DNA from: Moniliella sp. 'wahieum'
Lineage: Eukaryota
NCBI GenBank assembly: GCA_003971905.1
Contig: RSEE01000058.1
Span: 372,001-414,513 of the forward strand
Length of the DNA: 42,513 bases
Reading direction: 5' to 3'
Each line of letters opens with the position of its first letter. The stretch's first letter is position 1. Below the pieces are notes generated by a model that worked only from the letters and a program-made list of their open reading frames with translations, was not told where the DNA came from and ran no database searches. This document shows positions 1 to 12,500 of this stretch, piece after piece. The translations under genes were made by a program, and so were the position numbers.

Positions 1-568
1 TTACATCGGGTGTGCTCTATCTCTGCTGCGCTCGGACGGTACGGTATACGTGTGGTGGAGCAAAATGGTAACGTGGTTAAGCGAGAGACGTCCTATTTCA
101 CTTTCATCAGTGGAACACGTATGCCGAGGAGACTGCGAGAGCTGCGCCCACAGCAATCTCATATGTGGTCAGAGCCTGTATCGGGCTTACACGGCTTACG
201 CCCAGTACGCACTCTTTGCTGTCAAAAACGCACTTCCGATATCCTCAGCAGGAACGATGAGTCCGATGAGTGTGTATCTGCAAAAAGGTTGGTCGATATA
301 TAATCACCATAGGGGGATGCTGATCAGACGGGGTTTACACGTATGTGTTCACTACAAAGGTTCACACTGATACAGACACCATTGTGGTGTCAACGAAGCT
401 TCCCATACTTAGTACATATGGCTTTCCCACACTACGGAATTCAGTTTGAATATATTCACCCCGAATATATGGAAGACAAGAAGTTGGGTATAGAAAAGGT
501 ATGTTTCGTCATAGCGGCAAAACATCAATTTAACAGGTCTTTGCTGTGTGGTTGGAGGTCGTCTCAAG

Positions 569-664
569 GATTGCGTGGTGAAAAGGTATCACGACAGATT
601 GTGGTTACACAGTCGTAAAGCTCCACGAGCTCTGTTATTCTCAGTTCGATTCTGGGCGCAGTCA
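569..664 (+). tRNA. tRNA-His(GTG) with 25-nt intron (605-629)
   Basis: Folded by hand: acceptor GATTGCG/CGCAGTC, D-arm GTGGTGAAAAGGTATCAC, anticodon stem ACAGA/TCTGT with loop TT-GTG-G[intron]C, T-arm CTCAG-TTCGATT-CTGGG, discriminator A664; T6 Pol III terminator at 666-671. Confidence 0.92.
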
Positions 665-2066
665 CTTTTTTGCGCGGCAAGTCCCTCATTAACTTTTGTT
701 CAAATGCCCGGCCTTCAATCAGTGGCCAGTAGCGAAGAAGAGTAATAACGAGGAGACTACCGGGCCTACGGCCCGGTCTGCTGAGGCTTCGCGCCAGCCT
801 GTCCTTGCACTGATGGCGACGGTTCTCATGCCATCATTCCCCCTTCGTCTCCATCATTATCATTCCATTGACCCCCTTTTCCCCACTGTGGTCTACCGTT
901 CCAAAGGCCCCTTTCCCACCGTCAGCGCTGTCCACCGTTCCATCATCCTCAGAGACCTTCACTCCCGTGTGCAGCAGATAGGTTAACGTTCCAGCATATT
1001 CATCGTGTGGCATAGTATACCGTTCTGTAGTCAGTAGGATCAGCAGACCGTGTTCTCTTTTTAATAGCATAGAGATGAGATTTGGAAGCGAGTGAGGGGA
1101 ACCACGAAAGGCCCTGGTTTGCGTTTGCTGGCGATTCTACCGGCCGCTTGATTGAGTTGGAACGAGACATACTATCTGTCCCAAACTTCACAGGATGCGT
1201 TATTAACACTAAGGTAGAGGTGATGTGTATATATGTGTGTGCATGGTATATCGGGATGGACAGAACCAAACAACATTGCCATCAAGTCTGATCCCCATAT
1301 GATGCTTGACCTGGTCCGCTCATCGACTCATCCCATCTCCAAGGTTCGTTTGTTGCATCGTACTTCGTCATTATCCATCACTTGATGAATTATGATCTTC
1401 TTTGTAGTGTTCCACATACTGTGACCATGACTTGAACACCTCGCGGCAGTGAGGGCAGTAATACGACAATGAAGGGCCCGCCATATCGAAATCGAAGTTG
1501 AGAGCTGTGGATCAAGAAGTGAGTGAGTATACTGTCACAGCCAGGACTCGGCTCCAAACAAAACTTGCTGAGGCTCTGCTTTGGTTCTTGGATCAGAGAA
1601 AGAGAGGAACACATACCTGCCAGTGCCTGCAACGCAGTGGTGCTGGGAAAGGTCCGATACGAGAGTGATATCGGGGGGATAATTGGTGGAAGTATAGAGA
1701 GAAACGGGAAAATTATATACGCAGGAGAGAGAAGTGCAAAATTTTCGCACTGCGTTCACAGATCTCTCTCGGTTACTTTCGTATCCCTGTTGGGGGTGTC
1801 CGGTCCATGTTTCCTCGTGATAATGACGGGAGAGTGCCGGGCTATGCCCCAGTATCGCATAGAAGACATACGTCCTACTCTAGCACTCCACTTGTGCTTT
1901 CTCATCGTACACGGTCGGATTATGTGCACGGACGATGGACATGATAGGCCCAACAGCTGTTGGATCGCGTTCAACGCGCCGCGCAACTACTACCTAAAAG
2001 CGCTGGAATTACTTTCGAATGGACCCATAGTAATGGCGGAAGTTACAATACTGTGACGCTAACAAA

Positions 2067-2146
2067 GGACGGCTGGCGCAATGGTAGCGCGTCTGACTAC
2101 GACAGGTTGTAATCAGGAGTTGCAGGTTCGACCCCTGCGTCGTTCG
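2067..2146 (+). tRNA. tRNA-Arg(ACG) with ~9-nt intron (2103-2111)
   Basis: Acceptor GGACGGC/GTCGTTC, D-arm GCGC-AATGGTA-GCGC, anticodon stem TCTGA/TCAGG with CT-ACG-A, T-arm GCAGG-TTCGACC-CCTGC; T-runs follow at ~2163-2183. Confidence 0.92.
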
Positions 2147-2477
2147 AGCCGACAAGGCGTCCTTTATTTTTTGTACCTTTTTTCCCGTTTGCTTCAGCTT
2201 CACCAGCTTTTGACCTTCTCACAGACCACGAGGCAGTTGCACGCCCAGGTTAGCTGTCAGTCGCGCTGAATACCCAAGTTTTAGCTTTACCCCCTCTGTT
2301 GCTGCTGTGGCCTAAGCGTCGCATGTTACAGGGAATGCATCTAAACTATGCAGTTCATGCGTGGGGACAATTGCCGTATATTAGATCGGCTGTAACATGA
2401 TGAGGAAGAAAAATGCACACGTTGTGCGAGAAGTATAGATCGTCGCATCGCCCGCGCGCTCATCAACCACCAGCCTC

Positions 2478-4943
2478 TCACCTTCGCACCGAGCCCAGGT
2501 TGATGACCGTCTGACCCTTCTTGTTCTTTCCCTTCTTGTTATCCCTCGGTGCACTGGACGAAGATGGGGTACTGCTCGACCCACCGGGCGTAGGGGCCCA
2601 AGCCGACGGCCCCCCTTGCCCGAAACCTTCTCTCTGGCCGAGCGTAGCTTCTGGTCCCACTTATCCGTCTGCGCTGACTTCTGCGGAAGACCAGGGAAGG
2701 CAGCTGCGGGCAGGGCCTTGTTCTTCCCGCTGGTAGGAGCAGAATAAACCACGGTCTGGACAGCGGGCTGGTGGGTAGGCCGAGGAGCAGGCGCGGGAGG
2801 CGGCGCCCAGGATGCCGAGGGCGCAGTGGGCACAACACGGTGACGTGCTGCATTCGCCGCGGAGCCAGGGACATGCGCGCTGCTCGCGCTCAAACTGGCA
2901 GATGCAGCCGGCCTGGCAACAGGTGGCCGGGGTGCAGTTGCACCCCAATTGCCTGGTGGACGTGGGGAGGCCGGGGAACGCGCCGAAGGAACCAAGGCTG
3001 GGAAAAAGTCGTTTGCTGCGGCCGAACGGCTGATACCCCCCATGGCCCGACGGGCCGTCGCCATCGTTCCGGCAGTGGAGGCGTACCCTGCTCTTGGAGC
3101 ACGGGAAGTCGTGCCGCCGAGGGTAGGAAAGGAGTTGCGTGTGGCAGCAAGGGCAGTCCAAGCCCGAAGCAGTTCCGTTGCTTTCTCCTCGGCATGAGGA
3201 TAGTTCTCCCCCGTGGAGATTAGGAGGTCGGCCAATCCTCGAATCAGGCTTGCCCCGTTCTGGATCTTCGCATCGGGATGAACTTCCGTCAGTCCTGCGG
3301 GGGTGGAATCTACCACGCTCCAGACGGTGGCGGCAAGATCATCCGCGGCGGCTTCCCCCGCACGGTAGGAAGTCAACCCGGTGCGGAGGGAGGCTAGTTT
3401 GGATGAGCTGAATGACCCGCCCAACACGGCAGTGGCTAAGCCAATAAAGGCTTGCTGGGCCGCAGTTTCAGAATCTTGTGAAGACCTGCTGAGGGAGGAA
3501 GATGAAGGGGCTTCTGTCAGACGGCCCCCAAATCCATCTCGTCGATTGGGACGTGTGTGGCCCCCTCGCGCGGAGCGACTTTGGCTACTGCTCCGGCACT
3601 GCTACTACCCTCACCAAAAGCCGTATCAACCCGGGCCGCATCGCGCTTTTGCTTGGTGCTCATCATGGAAGCATGCTCTTTGAGGCAATGCGAGTTGTAG
3701 TCCATCTCGTTCTACCAGTTGCAGTTGCTGTTAGTTCAAAGAGCCCAAGCTTGGGAAACAGATGCAAAACGTACCCCAAACACAACGTATTGCTGCTCCC
3801 GACAGCCTGGATTCTGGCACAAAAAGTGCTTCTTGTCAAAATGGAGTTCCAAGTCAAAGTAGTCGCGGTACCATGTTTGTGCCTCAGCCGCAGCCACGGC
3901 GGCATGATTGGCAGCTGCTTCGGCGGCACGACGACGGTGGCGAGTGTCATGGTCGTCGGTATCCTCTCCAGGCGCAACAGGCGGTGCCGCATCAGGCGTG
4001 GCAAAGACAGCGCACATTTGGCACTGGAAGTGTTTCTCACGTAGATGCTTGTACAGTTCATCCGGACCATAGAAAAACTGGTTGCAAAACTCGCACTTGC
4101 GATGCTCGGTCGCATGGTGGGACACGAGTTGGCGCTGCGTGTACAGCGGGTGTTCGTATGTGAAGATTTTCTTGTGCTGGATGCAGAGGTCGCACAGACT
4201 GCGCTGGTGAGCCGCACTAACATGCTCCTTTAGACCGGTCCAGCCTTGGAGGGCACCGTTGGGCCCTGCGCCGCGTGGCCTGAGACCGGGGCACACCTGC
4301 CATGACGGAGGCCGAGGCAGGGAGCGTACGGTCACACTCGAGATGCGAGCAATGAAAGAGAAGCAGCTCGAGCGCATCTTCCTTCTCCCTCTTGGAAGCG
4401 AAATGCAGACCTAGTTTTTCGTCTCGCCACGACGTTTCGTCGGGGGAAAAGGACTCAAACTGCCGTCCTGGCTGGGAGGTAAAGACGACTGTCTTGGCAT
4501 CCGACTTGCAGTACACGCACGACGTTTGCTTGTACAGCGCACGCAGACGCAGCGCGCATCGCCCGCATGTGGTGTGGTTGCATGGATACACGCAGTGCAT
4601 GGCCATCGGATCCGCAGATAAAGCATGCGTCCACACTGGCGTCGTCGTTGAGGGCCGAGTTGGCGATGATGGTAACGTCGGTGGGGGACATGGTGGAGAA
4701 TGCGGGCGGGAGGAGGAGAGGGATGGGCATTGGACTTGGACTTGGATTTGGACTTGGCCTTGGACTTGGTGTGGGCTGCGGTGCTGTCCGTGGGGCAGGG
4801 GGCGGCGTCGGAGGCGGTGCTGGGGGCGGTGCTGGGGCGGTGCTGGGGGCGGTGCTGGGGGCGATGCTGCTGGCGTCGGACACGAGGTCGTCGGGGCCGG
4901 TGGTGAGGGCGGCGCGGAAGGCGGCGCGGCGTCGTGGCGGCAT
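2478..4943 (-). CDS. HEL2: E3 ubiquitin ligase Hel2/ZNF598 (RING + C2H2 zinc fingers; ribosome quality control); several frameshifts, intron ~3712-3774
   Basis: Joined frames give RING CFIC(A)DPMAMHCVYPCNHTTCGRCALRLRALYKQTSCVYCK, then zinc fingers LCDLCIQHKKIFTYEHPLYT, HRKCEFCNQFFYGPDELYKHLREKHFQCQMC and HFDKKHFLCQNPGC, and a basic C-terminus KKGKNKKGQTVINLGSVRR. Intron GTACGT...CTAAC...TAG. Confidence 0.88.
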
Positions 4944-5230
4944 GGCGGTTAGGGCGTGGGAGATGGTGAGTGCAGCGGGTGGATGCAGTTTGGGTTGCAA
5001 AAAAAGCGCCGCGTTGGGTTTGTTCTTCTTTGCGGTGCCGTTTGAAATGTAAATTGGTATGCACACGTGACCTGCCCCCCCGGCGGAACGCAGGCGCCCG
5101 GAAGCAAGCAGCGCCCCCCACCGCCGGAAGCAAAGCCCAGAAGAACTTACGTCAGCCGCGAAGTGTCCCCCCGAAGAAGAAGACAAGACGCTGCGCCGTT
5201 CTTGCTGCCTCCGCAACCGCTCTCCCCCCG

Positions 5231-6730
5231 ATGGCCCTCTCGTGTGCTGCCGCTGGTGCGCGTGTGCGTGTGCGGGCAGCCCCCCTCAGCGTCCGTGCCG
5301 GCGCCCGTCCGCACGCCGCCCTCGCCCCGCCCGCGCTTGTGCGTGCGCTCCACGCCAGCGCGCCGCCCGCTGCTGGCCGTCGGGTCGTGCTGCCGTCCAT
5401 GCCCGACATGACCTCGCTCGTCGCGCTCAACCAGCAGCCCGTCGCCTTCGGAGGCGCTCCCGCCGGTGCCCTCCCCGCCGTCGGCCGCAAAGACCCGCGC
5501 TCTACACCCAGCTCCTCCCCCCGCCCACGTCGGCGCTCGTCGCCGTCGCGGCTCGCGTGGGCCTTCTGCCGCCCGGCACGCCCCGCGAGGAGCGCGAGCG
5601 CATCTGCGCGCTCGTCCTCCAGGCCTGCACACACCCTTCCTACCACCGTGTGCTCGACCAGGCCGTCGACCTGTACCACCGGCTCTTCCCCCCTTTCGAA
5701 GCGCGACCCGGCGCCGCAGCGGCAGGAACTCGACTCGGACAAGAAGCTGCTCCGCTTCCTCGAGACGACCAAGCTCAACCTCCAGACGAACTCTTCGCTC
5801 TCGACGGTAGGCCATGAGATCCTGGGCATGCTCTCGGCCGAGTATGTGCATCTCAAGTACCCCCACCTGAGCAGCGATGCGCTCAAGTCGGCCACCCAGC
5901 GTACTCAAGCACCAACACGTGTGCCATCGTCGCACCCTCGTTTGGCCTCCCTCAGAGCAAGCTCCTCCGCCACCTGCACGAAGAGGACACGGCTGTCCCC
6001 CACTACCGCGAGCGCCCACAAGCAAGCCACCTTGATCGACCGGTTCCTCGATGCCGACGACTACTTCCTCGCTCGCACCCGTCCCCCCGTGTCGAAGCGC
6101 GGCCAAGACGCTCTCACCGACCGGGATGCGAATGCGATTGCGATGCGGTCCCTGATTGGTCTTGTGTACCAAGAGAAGGTACGTGCCTCTACTCCCTGAT
6201 CTGCTACACATTCAACCCTCTGTTCCTAACCCTCCTACTTCTTTTCTTTTTCTTTCCCGCAGGGCTTTGAGGCAGCCAAGGCGTTTGTCAACGAATACTT
6301 CCTGTCGCGCGTGGTGGACGTGTCCAAGCTGCTCCAATTCCAAAGCCCAAGGCGGTTGCTGAAGGACACGTGCGACAAGTACGGACGGGAGCGTCCGATT
6401 GCACGTCTGGTGGCCGAATCGGGGAGGCATGGTGGCAACTCGATGTATGTTGTGGCTTGGTACTCGGGCCGCCTCAAGCTGGGCGAAGGATTCGGCATGT
6501 CGATTGCCATGGCCGAGTTCCGCGCGGCAACGGATGCATTGCGTCGTCTCTACCTGGCCCAAGTTCCCTTTGTCCCGACCAACGCGCCGAGCGTCACCTT
6601 TAACCCTTCGGCCGTGGCCGGCCCGGGGGAGACGAGCGAACTCAAGACGTACTACCCGCCACGGATTGGTACCTCGGAGGCCCTCCATGGCATCAAGCGC
6701 ATGGAAGAGACGTGGAGGTGGAGGAAGTAG
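5231..6730 (+). CDS. MRPL3: Mitochondrial large-subunit ribosomal protein mL44 (RNase III-like + dsRBD); intron 6179-6262
   Basis: Arg/Ala-rich presequence-like N-terminus; LSTVGHEILGMLSAEYVHLKYPHL; RSLIGLVYQEK|GFEAAKAFVNEYFLSR; SPRRLLKDTCDKYGRERPIARLVAESGR...YVVAWYSGRLKLGEGFGMSIAMAEFRAATDAL matches the fungal mL44 pattern. Intron GTACGT...CTAAC...CAG. Confidence 0.9.
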
Positions 6731-6982
6731 ATGGACTGCAGCTTGCATGTCCTATGCAATCCGTGCTGATGTACGGTCCTAGTGTGCAGCATTGCCAAAA
6801 GGGAGAAAAAAAGCTTGCCACAGCAATCGGGATGGACTGCTGGTCTTGGTTGGGGCCATGGTACCCTGCTCTACGGCTCACGCCCTCAAGACTTGGTATC
6901 TGCACAGCAGCGCCCGCTTCTAATCCATGCATCTTTTCTACGGAGTCAGACAATTGACATGATAGCAAACAATAGGTTAACA

Positions 6983-8317
6983 TTAATGGCCAAGCCCAGC
7001 CAGGAGCGGCGGCAGACCTCGGGGGAGAGGATGATGGCCTCGTTTGGTGTGCTGAGAAGGCGAAGGGTGATGATGGCACTTTTTCCCTGCAGGCGCAGAT
7101 GAGACGCTCGAAGTGGATGTGCTTGCAGAAGTGTGCGAGGTATGATGACTCTGAACAGGGTGCACCAAAGACAATGACTCCCTCGACGTTGAAGCCACGT
7201 GGACATTCTGGATAGAAGATGGTGTAGAAGTAGAGGACGAGGTTGAAGTTGAGGCAGATTGCTTCGACGTGGATGAGGTGAGTCGACGAATGGTGGTCGA
7301 CGAATGGGTGGTCGACGAATGGGTAGTCGACGAATGGGTAGTCGACGAATGGTAGTCGACGAATGAGAGCTTGAACGGTGAGTGCTCGAAGCGCGGGTGC
7401 GCGAAGTGCTCCTACTGGAGGATGATTTGGAAGCGGAGGATCCTCCCGATCCAGCACTGGACGCAACCACCGTATCGGGGACGACGGCGGGACGAGTACC
7501 AGTGGTGAGCCGGTACGCAGGGCAGGTACTTGGCGGAACCTGCGAATCGTACGACAAGAGCCCAAATTTATCGTCACCAGGAAGTGGTGGGTTGGAGGGA
7601 CAGCAACCGGCTTGTCCTAGACTAGGTTCCGACCCAAGAGCCCCACTTTCGCCCCACCCGGCCCACTGCTCACACGAGACAAACTCATACGTTGCGTTCC
7701 AGGTACCGTAGTCGTGCTTGTAATTGGGGAACCAGTTGTTGGGGATATCTTTGCTGCTGCTCCCAGGCGGTGCGGGCCAGGCCAGGTCAAAGTGGATGAA
7801 AGATCCCCACGCATTGGGAGCAGAAGATGTAGCGTTACAGGGAGACCCCGGAACCTTCCACGGACACTGGTCCGTCACCTTGACCACGATCGAAGGCGCC
7901 GACCCATTGTGGGGACCAAAGTTGTACCCCGTGCCCTGGGGAGGCGGCGGGTCGTTAACCGTAGAGACAAGGGTGATGCGGGCACAGCTCCCACAGAGGC
8001 TCCGAACGAGTTGTCTGTTCCAAGGGAAAGGGAGTTGAGCGCTGCTATGGGGTAATGCGAAGAAGCGGCTGTGCAGCCACAGGAACCGAGAAAGTTAAGT
8101 GGATAGTCGTAGTGGGTGAGAGTCTTTGGGATGTGGAGTTAGAGAATGAGTTGACAAGAGAAAAGAACAGAGAACGTACCGCCCATCCCGAGGACGGAAA
8201 TGACCAAGCCTGGTCTTTGGGTTCGGCCCCATCGATGGTAGAGTACTTTGAGGAAGCAGAGACGACCAGTGCACTCGAAGTGCTCAACCAGAACAAGAAG
8301 GAGCGTAAACGAGCCAT
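6983..8317 (-). CDS. Secreted GH45/expansin-like (RlpA-like double-psi beta-barrel) protein with Ser/Thr/His-rich tail; intron 8124-8179
   Basis: Signal-peptide-like MARLRSFLFWLSTSSALVVSA; spliced WA|TLTHYDYPLNFLGSCGC...YPIAALN...CGSCARITL...IVVKVTDQCP...HFDLAWP (TDxCP and HFDL motifs); low-complexity C-terminus. Confidence 0.78.
7282..7365 (-). repeat. 15-bp coding tandem repeat (6 copies of core GTCGACGAATG), encoding HSSTT units
   Basis: Units gtcgacgaatg(g)gt(a/g) read directly; two 14-nt units lack one G of the GGG run. Confidence 0.9.
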
Positions 8318-9696
8318 GCCTCTAAGAAGGGTCGAACGGCCAAAAGCTGGTGGGACGAAACTAAGAAAGGATGCCCAACTACAGTCATGATAGGTGATAG
8401 AGGAAAGCCACTGCAGGTACGGTTAGTGAGGTGCCAGCTGGATGGTACTTGTTCCAACTACTATACATGGCCATGCCTGACAAGGCAATGGTTATTCTGA
8501 GGCCCTCAGTTCCCGCAACCTAACCACGGAGACCATCAACTGATGTGAACACTCGTCACCTGAGGCCTGCGGCCTGATGAACGCGACGAGTGCTGAGCAG
8601 ACCATCACCTGCAACACCAAAACAAGCCATCCCGACGCTGAGGTTCCAGTTTCCAACCTAGCGCCGGACGCTGGCCATGGCAGCAGCAGCAAGGGTGGTG
8701 GAGGGCTGTGACATGTCACATGTCATGTGCGAGCGAGACTGGTTGAGGTAGATTCGCATTTGGACCAAGGAAAGCCCAGACAATTTGTTGCAACTCAGCC
8801 CCAGCGCTTGCCTCAGTTGAAAAAAAACTAATAAGCGCCAAGCCTCTCGCCATCCCACACAGTAAGCACGGATATGAACGTTTCAACGGGTGCGTTATGT
8901 TCCCCTGGGTTCAGATCTCAGATTGCAGAATGTCAGGTCTTCACGCTTCAGATCGATCCGATTGCAGTGGCTCTGCTGCTCCTCTGCACCAACCGACGTG
9001 GGCTCAAACGGCTGAGTCGCTGTCTGGATGCCGGCCAGTACTCTGTGCCAGCAGTCCTTGGTCTTATAGAACGGCAAAGGCCATGGCATATCTGCCTTCC
9101 CCGTCATTTACCCCCGCTCGCAATCGCTCTGAAAAGTATACGGTGCCTGGCCCACTTGGCCAAGTAGCCCCCTCCTCCTAGGGAGTAGCCACGATAATCG
9201 AATCAGAAGGGCACAATAAGGGACTATGTGTGACAACTACAGCCTACCGCGACAACCACTCCGAGGTCAAATTGGAGCCATACGATGAGAGAATCACAGG
9301 GAGCATCCCTCTTGAGCCTACAAAGGGAGACGGTTGGTGCAGTGATTTGTGAAGATGATGAATCTTCTGCCTTCAGCTTCAGCGCCGAGGCATGAAGAGA
9401 AGAGTGATTGCAGAAATCAAAAAATACAGCACGTGTTGAGGGCGGGGCCCTAGGACAACGGGGAACAGGGGAACACAGCACGGTGAGCCAGCCCATAGAA
9501 ACTAGCTTCGGTACCCCCTGTGGCCAGATGGGGGGTATCCAAAATGGCCACTGACGCCAGTTTACTGAGGGATCAGGGAATAGAGAGATGGTGTCCAGTT
9601 CAAATGAGGCTCTGGCATGCCACATGTCATGTGAAACTCCAAGCAAGCGGGTAAAAGGGGAGAGGAAGTGCACCATTACCGGTTACCAGCTACCGG

Positions 9697-10198
9697 TTAC
9701 CGTCGACGCAGTAAGCTGGCCATGAGGACTCCCCCGATGGCCGCAGCACCAGCCGTGATGGCCATACCAATGTACCCCTCTAACATAACGTCAGTATGTG
9801 ACCACACACAAAGCGATCCCGACATTACCCTTTGCGACATCTCGGTCAATCAAGGCCCCAAGGCTCTGCGCTTGTTGGTTATTAGGTTCGCGGGAAAGTA
9901 GGAGCGAGTTGAACTTGCGCGCCTCGTCAAAGTTGCCTAGCTTGTAGTGCCCCAGGGCAAGGTAGTAAACGCATTCTCTCTCCGTCGGCTCTTTTCTTGG
10001 CGGTAAATGTCGGCAAAGAGACTGACTCCTTGGACCATATCTTGGCGCTGAGGCGACTTGACCAGGCCCCAGGCGTAGTTGAACGTAGTCTGCCCGACAC
10101 GTGACCTTGCGAAGCTTCCTTCTCATATTGGTTGCGCAGAACGGCAAGCTCGGCGGAGAGAGCGCCTCGGCGACGTCGGCGGCATACGGAAGCGACAT
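9697..10198 (-). CDS. FIS1: Mitochondrial fission protein Fis1 (TPR + C-terminal tail anchor); intron 9780-9828
   Basis: [13 protein letters not shown]...[12 protein letters not shown]...[10 protein letters not shown]...[77 protein letters not shown]; intron GTAATG...CTGAC...TAG. Confidence 0.93.
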
Positions 10199-12071
10199 GG
10201 GCGCAGGTGGAGGTGAAAAGAGGACCGAGCGGCGGGCGGTGGCAACGCGGGGATGCGGCGGGGCGGAGCAGCGCGCAGAGGCTCCCGCCAAGAGCATCCC
10301 ACACCGGAAACAGATCGAGGCTAGATATGAAATTTCAGGGGTGCCTGCCGACATGACGTCAGCCTCGGGCTACCCGCCTTCTCCAGCAACGAAAGGTAGT
10401 CAACTATAGGCAGCGATTACAGACGAAGCCTGCATAGGAGACGGGTGTTCCTCCACCTCGCCGATGCTGCTCTGCGTGAGCATCACGCGTACAGCGAAAC
10501 TTCCTTCCTGGATTGACCATCATCCACACTGCCACAGCCTCCTCCTCAACGAGGACCCACGGAGAGAGTACGGAGATGCCACTGCAGCTCGTTCAATTGG
10601 GCTTTGGCGGGAGAAACACACCAATATATGTGGCAGCACCGGCGACGTCATTCTCTTTCAATGGACCGTCTGCGCTCTCAGCCTCTGCACCTCACACGAG
10701 AAACGCTCAACAGGACACTATGCCCAACCAATGGCATCACGTGGGCCACACAAACTCAGAGTAGTTGGCACGTTCCACACGACTAGGTACACCATGCCGC
10801 TCTGCGTTTCGAACGGCTTGAGGTGACTGCCGGGAACACGGCGCATAAACGTATGTGGGTACCAGGAACTCATCCGCTCCCCCCACAGTTGGGACAGTAC
10901 CAGTAACTGCGAATGTATTCTTCTTCAGTTGCTAAACCCGGTCCCAGGCGGGAGAAAGACGAAGGGTGTGGGCGCTGCGCTTCCAGTGTGCCAACCGACT
11001 TCGGCAGCCTTGTTCGTTGTGGGATGGTTTCTGTCGTGATGCGTGCTAGCCAAGAGAGAGGTCGGAAAGCCGTCAGCCACCGAGCCGCACCCCATGATGT
11101 TGTAAGAAGAAGCATACGGTGAAAAGGAGACGAGACACGTTGGAGTCATGTTCAATGGCGGTGATAGAGCGCAGAGAGAGGGTGGATGAAATGCTCGAAT
11201 GCGGAGGTGGATGAAACGCTGCACTACATGCAGAATCTTGCTTTCTTTATACAACCGCTTAGCCTGGCATCGTTCAACCCCATATTGTCTCCATCAGAGG
11301 CCTGGACCCTATCGCCGCATAGTAATTTACGGTCGGTGAGTCCGCACAGCTTGTGGACATGACAATGAGGCGTTGTGGATGGTGATACGGACTCTCCGTC
11401 TGTGCCGTCAAGGCGGCCGGTGCTCCGTCCAGACGCCATTATTGCAAAAGCTGCCATTATGTTGGAAAGGGGGACCGATTCGTACCGTTGAGTAGTAGCT
11501 CGATTAGCAGTGGCGATATAAGGCGCAGTCAGACTCTTTACTATGTGGGCACTCCTCAGCTGCGGTTGATAACGGAACGCATCAGGCCCCAACAACCCCA
11601 AGAGCCCCGCCAGCCCTGTATATCCTTCAATTCGTTGACTTGGTAATGCACAACGGTCGATCTATCAATATATCGTCAACCAACAGGACATCATCCAGCG
11701 TGATGCACACTCTTTTCTCTGCCCAACATGATCTAAGGTAGGTCGGGCGTACCTCTGGCGCCTTTTCTTTCTGCAGGTGTGGGCGACACTTCCAAACCAA
11801 GTACGGGGTGGCGCTGGGGCTAGAGTACAAGTAGCGTAGCCCGTAGCCCGCAGCCCGCAGCCCGCAGCCTGCAGCGCTGTGGTATCTTTTGTTTGCGCAA
11901 CGCGACGTTTTCGGGTCCAGGTCTCAAGCAGACGTTGACCCAGATACATGACTGGCGTTTGCCGTCATGACCTCGACCTTGGAAAGGAGGTGCAGAGCTG
12001 ATATCTTGGATGCATAGACCACCACCATGGTAGTAGAAAATAGGGAAAGGGGGAAAGGAAGGGTAAGAGGC

Positions 12072-12097
12072 GGGGGGGGGGGGGGGGGGGGGGGGGG
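12072..12097 (+). repeat. Poly-G homopolymer (26 G) within a purine-rich tract
   Basis: Direct count; flanked by further G-runs (GGGGGGCAAGGGGGAG). Confidence 0.9.
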
Positions 12098-12500
12098 CAA
12101 GGGGGGCAAGGGGGAGAAGTATGAATGAGGATCTAGAGCCCGAAGGATACATGGGATACATGGTATCCTGCGGGGGTTCGGGGATGAAGTGAAAGCATAA
12201 CCAAACAGGTGCGCAACTGGAATCAGGCGAATAGAATCCGGACGTTGGGTGGGGTGAGGGGGGAGGAGAGGGAACACTCGAGCTGAAGCTGTTGAAGTTG
12301 GTGAAGGTGGGGAAGCGGAAGGAATAAGGAGAGGAGGGGAGGGGAGGGAGGGGGGAGACGTGCAAGTGGCAAGGTGGGCGCAGCGTCAAAAAAAACAAGG
12401 AACTGATCATGAATAGCATAGCAACGAGGTGTTCAAACGCCACAAAAATAAGAACAAGAACAAAAACAAAACCAAAACCAAAAACATGGACATCTGAGCA

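Noticed and set aside
7282..7365. CRISPR-like direct repeats
   Set aside because: There are no unique spacers, the context is eukaryotic, and the repeat is a coding 15-mer (HSSTT).
10425..11600. Possible gene with a CxxC motif (YWYCPNCGG, ORF 10870-11115 minus)
   Set aside because: It is an isolated motif with no second zinc-binding pair or recognisable family; needs a frameshift-aware search.
11820..12443. 207-aa Pro/Phe-rich minus-strand ORF
   Set aside because: It is a translation of the low-complexity poly-C/pyrimidine tract with no domain evidence.
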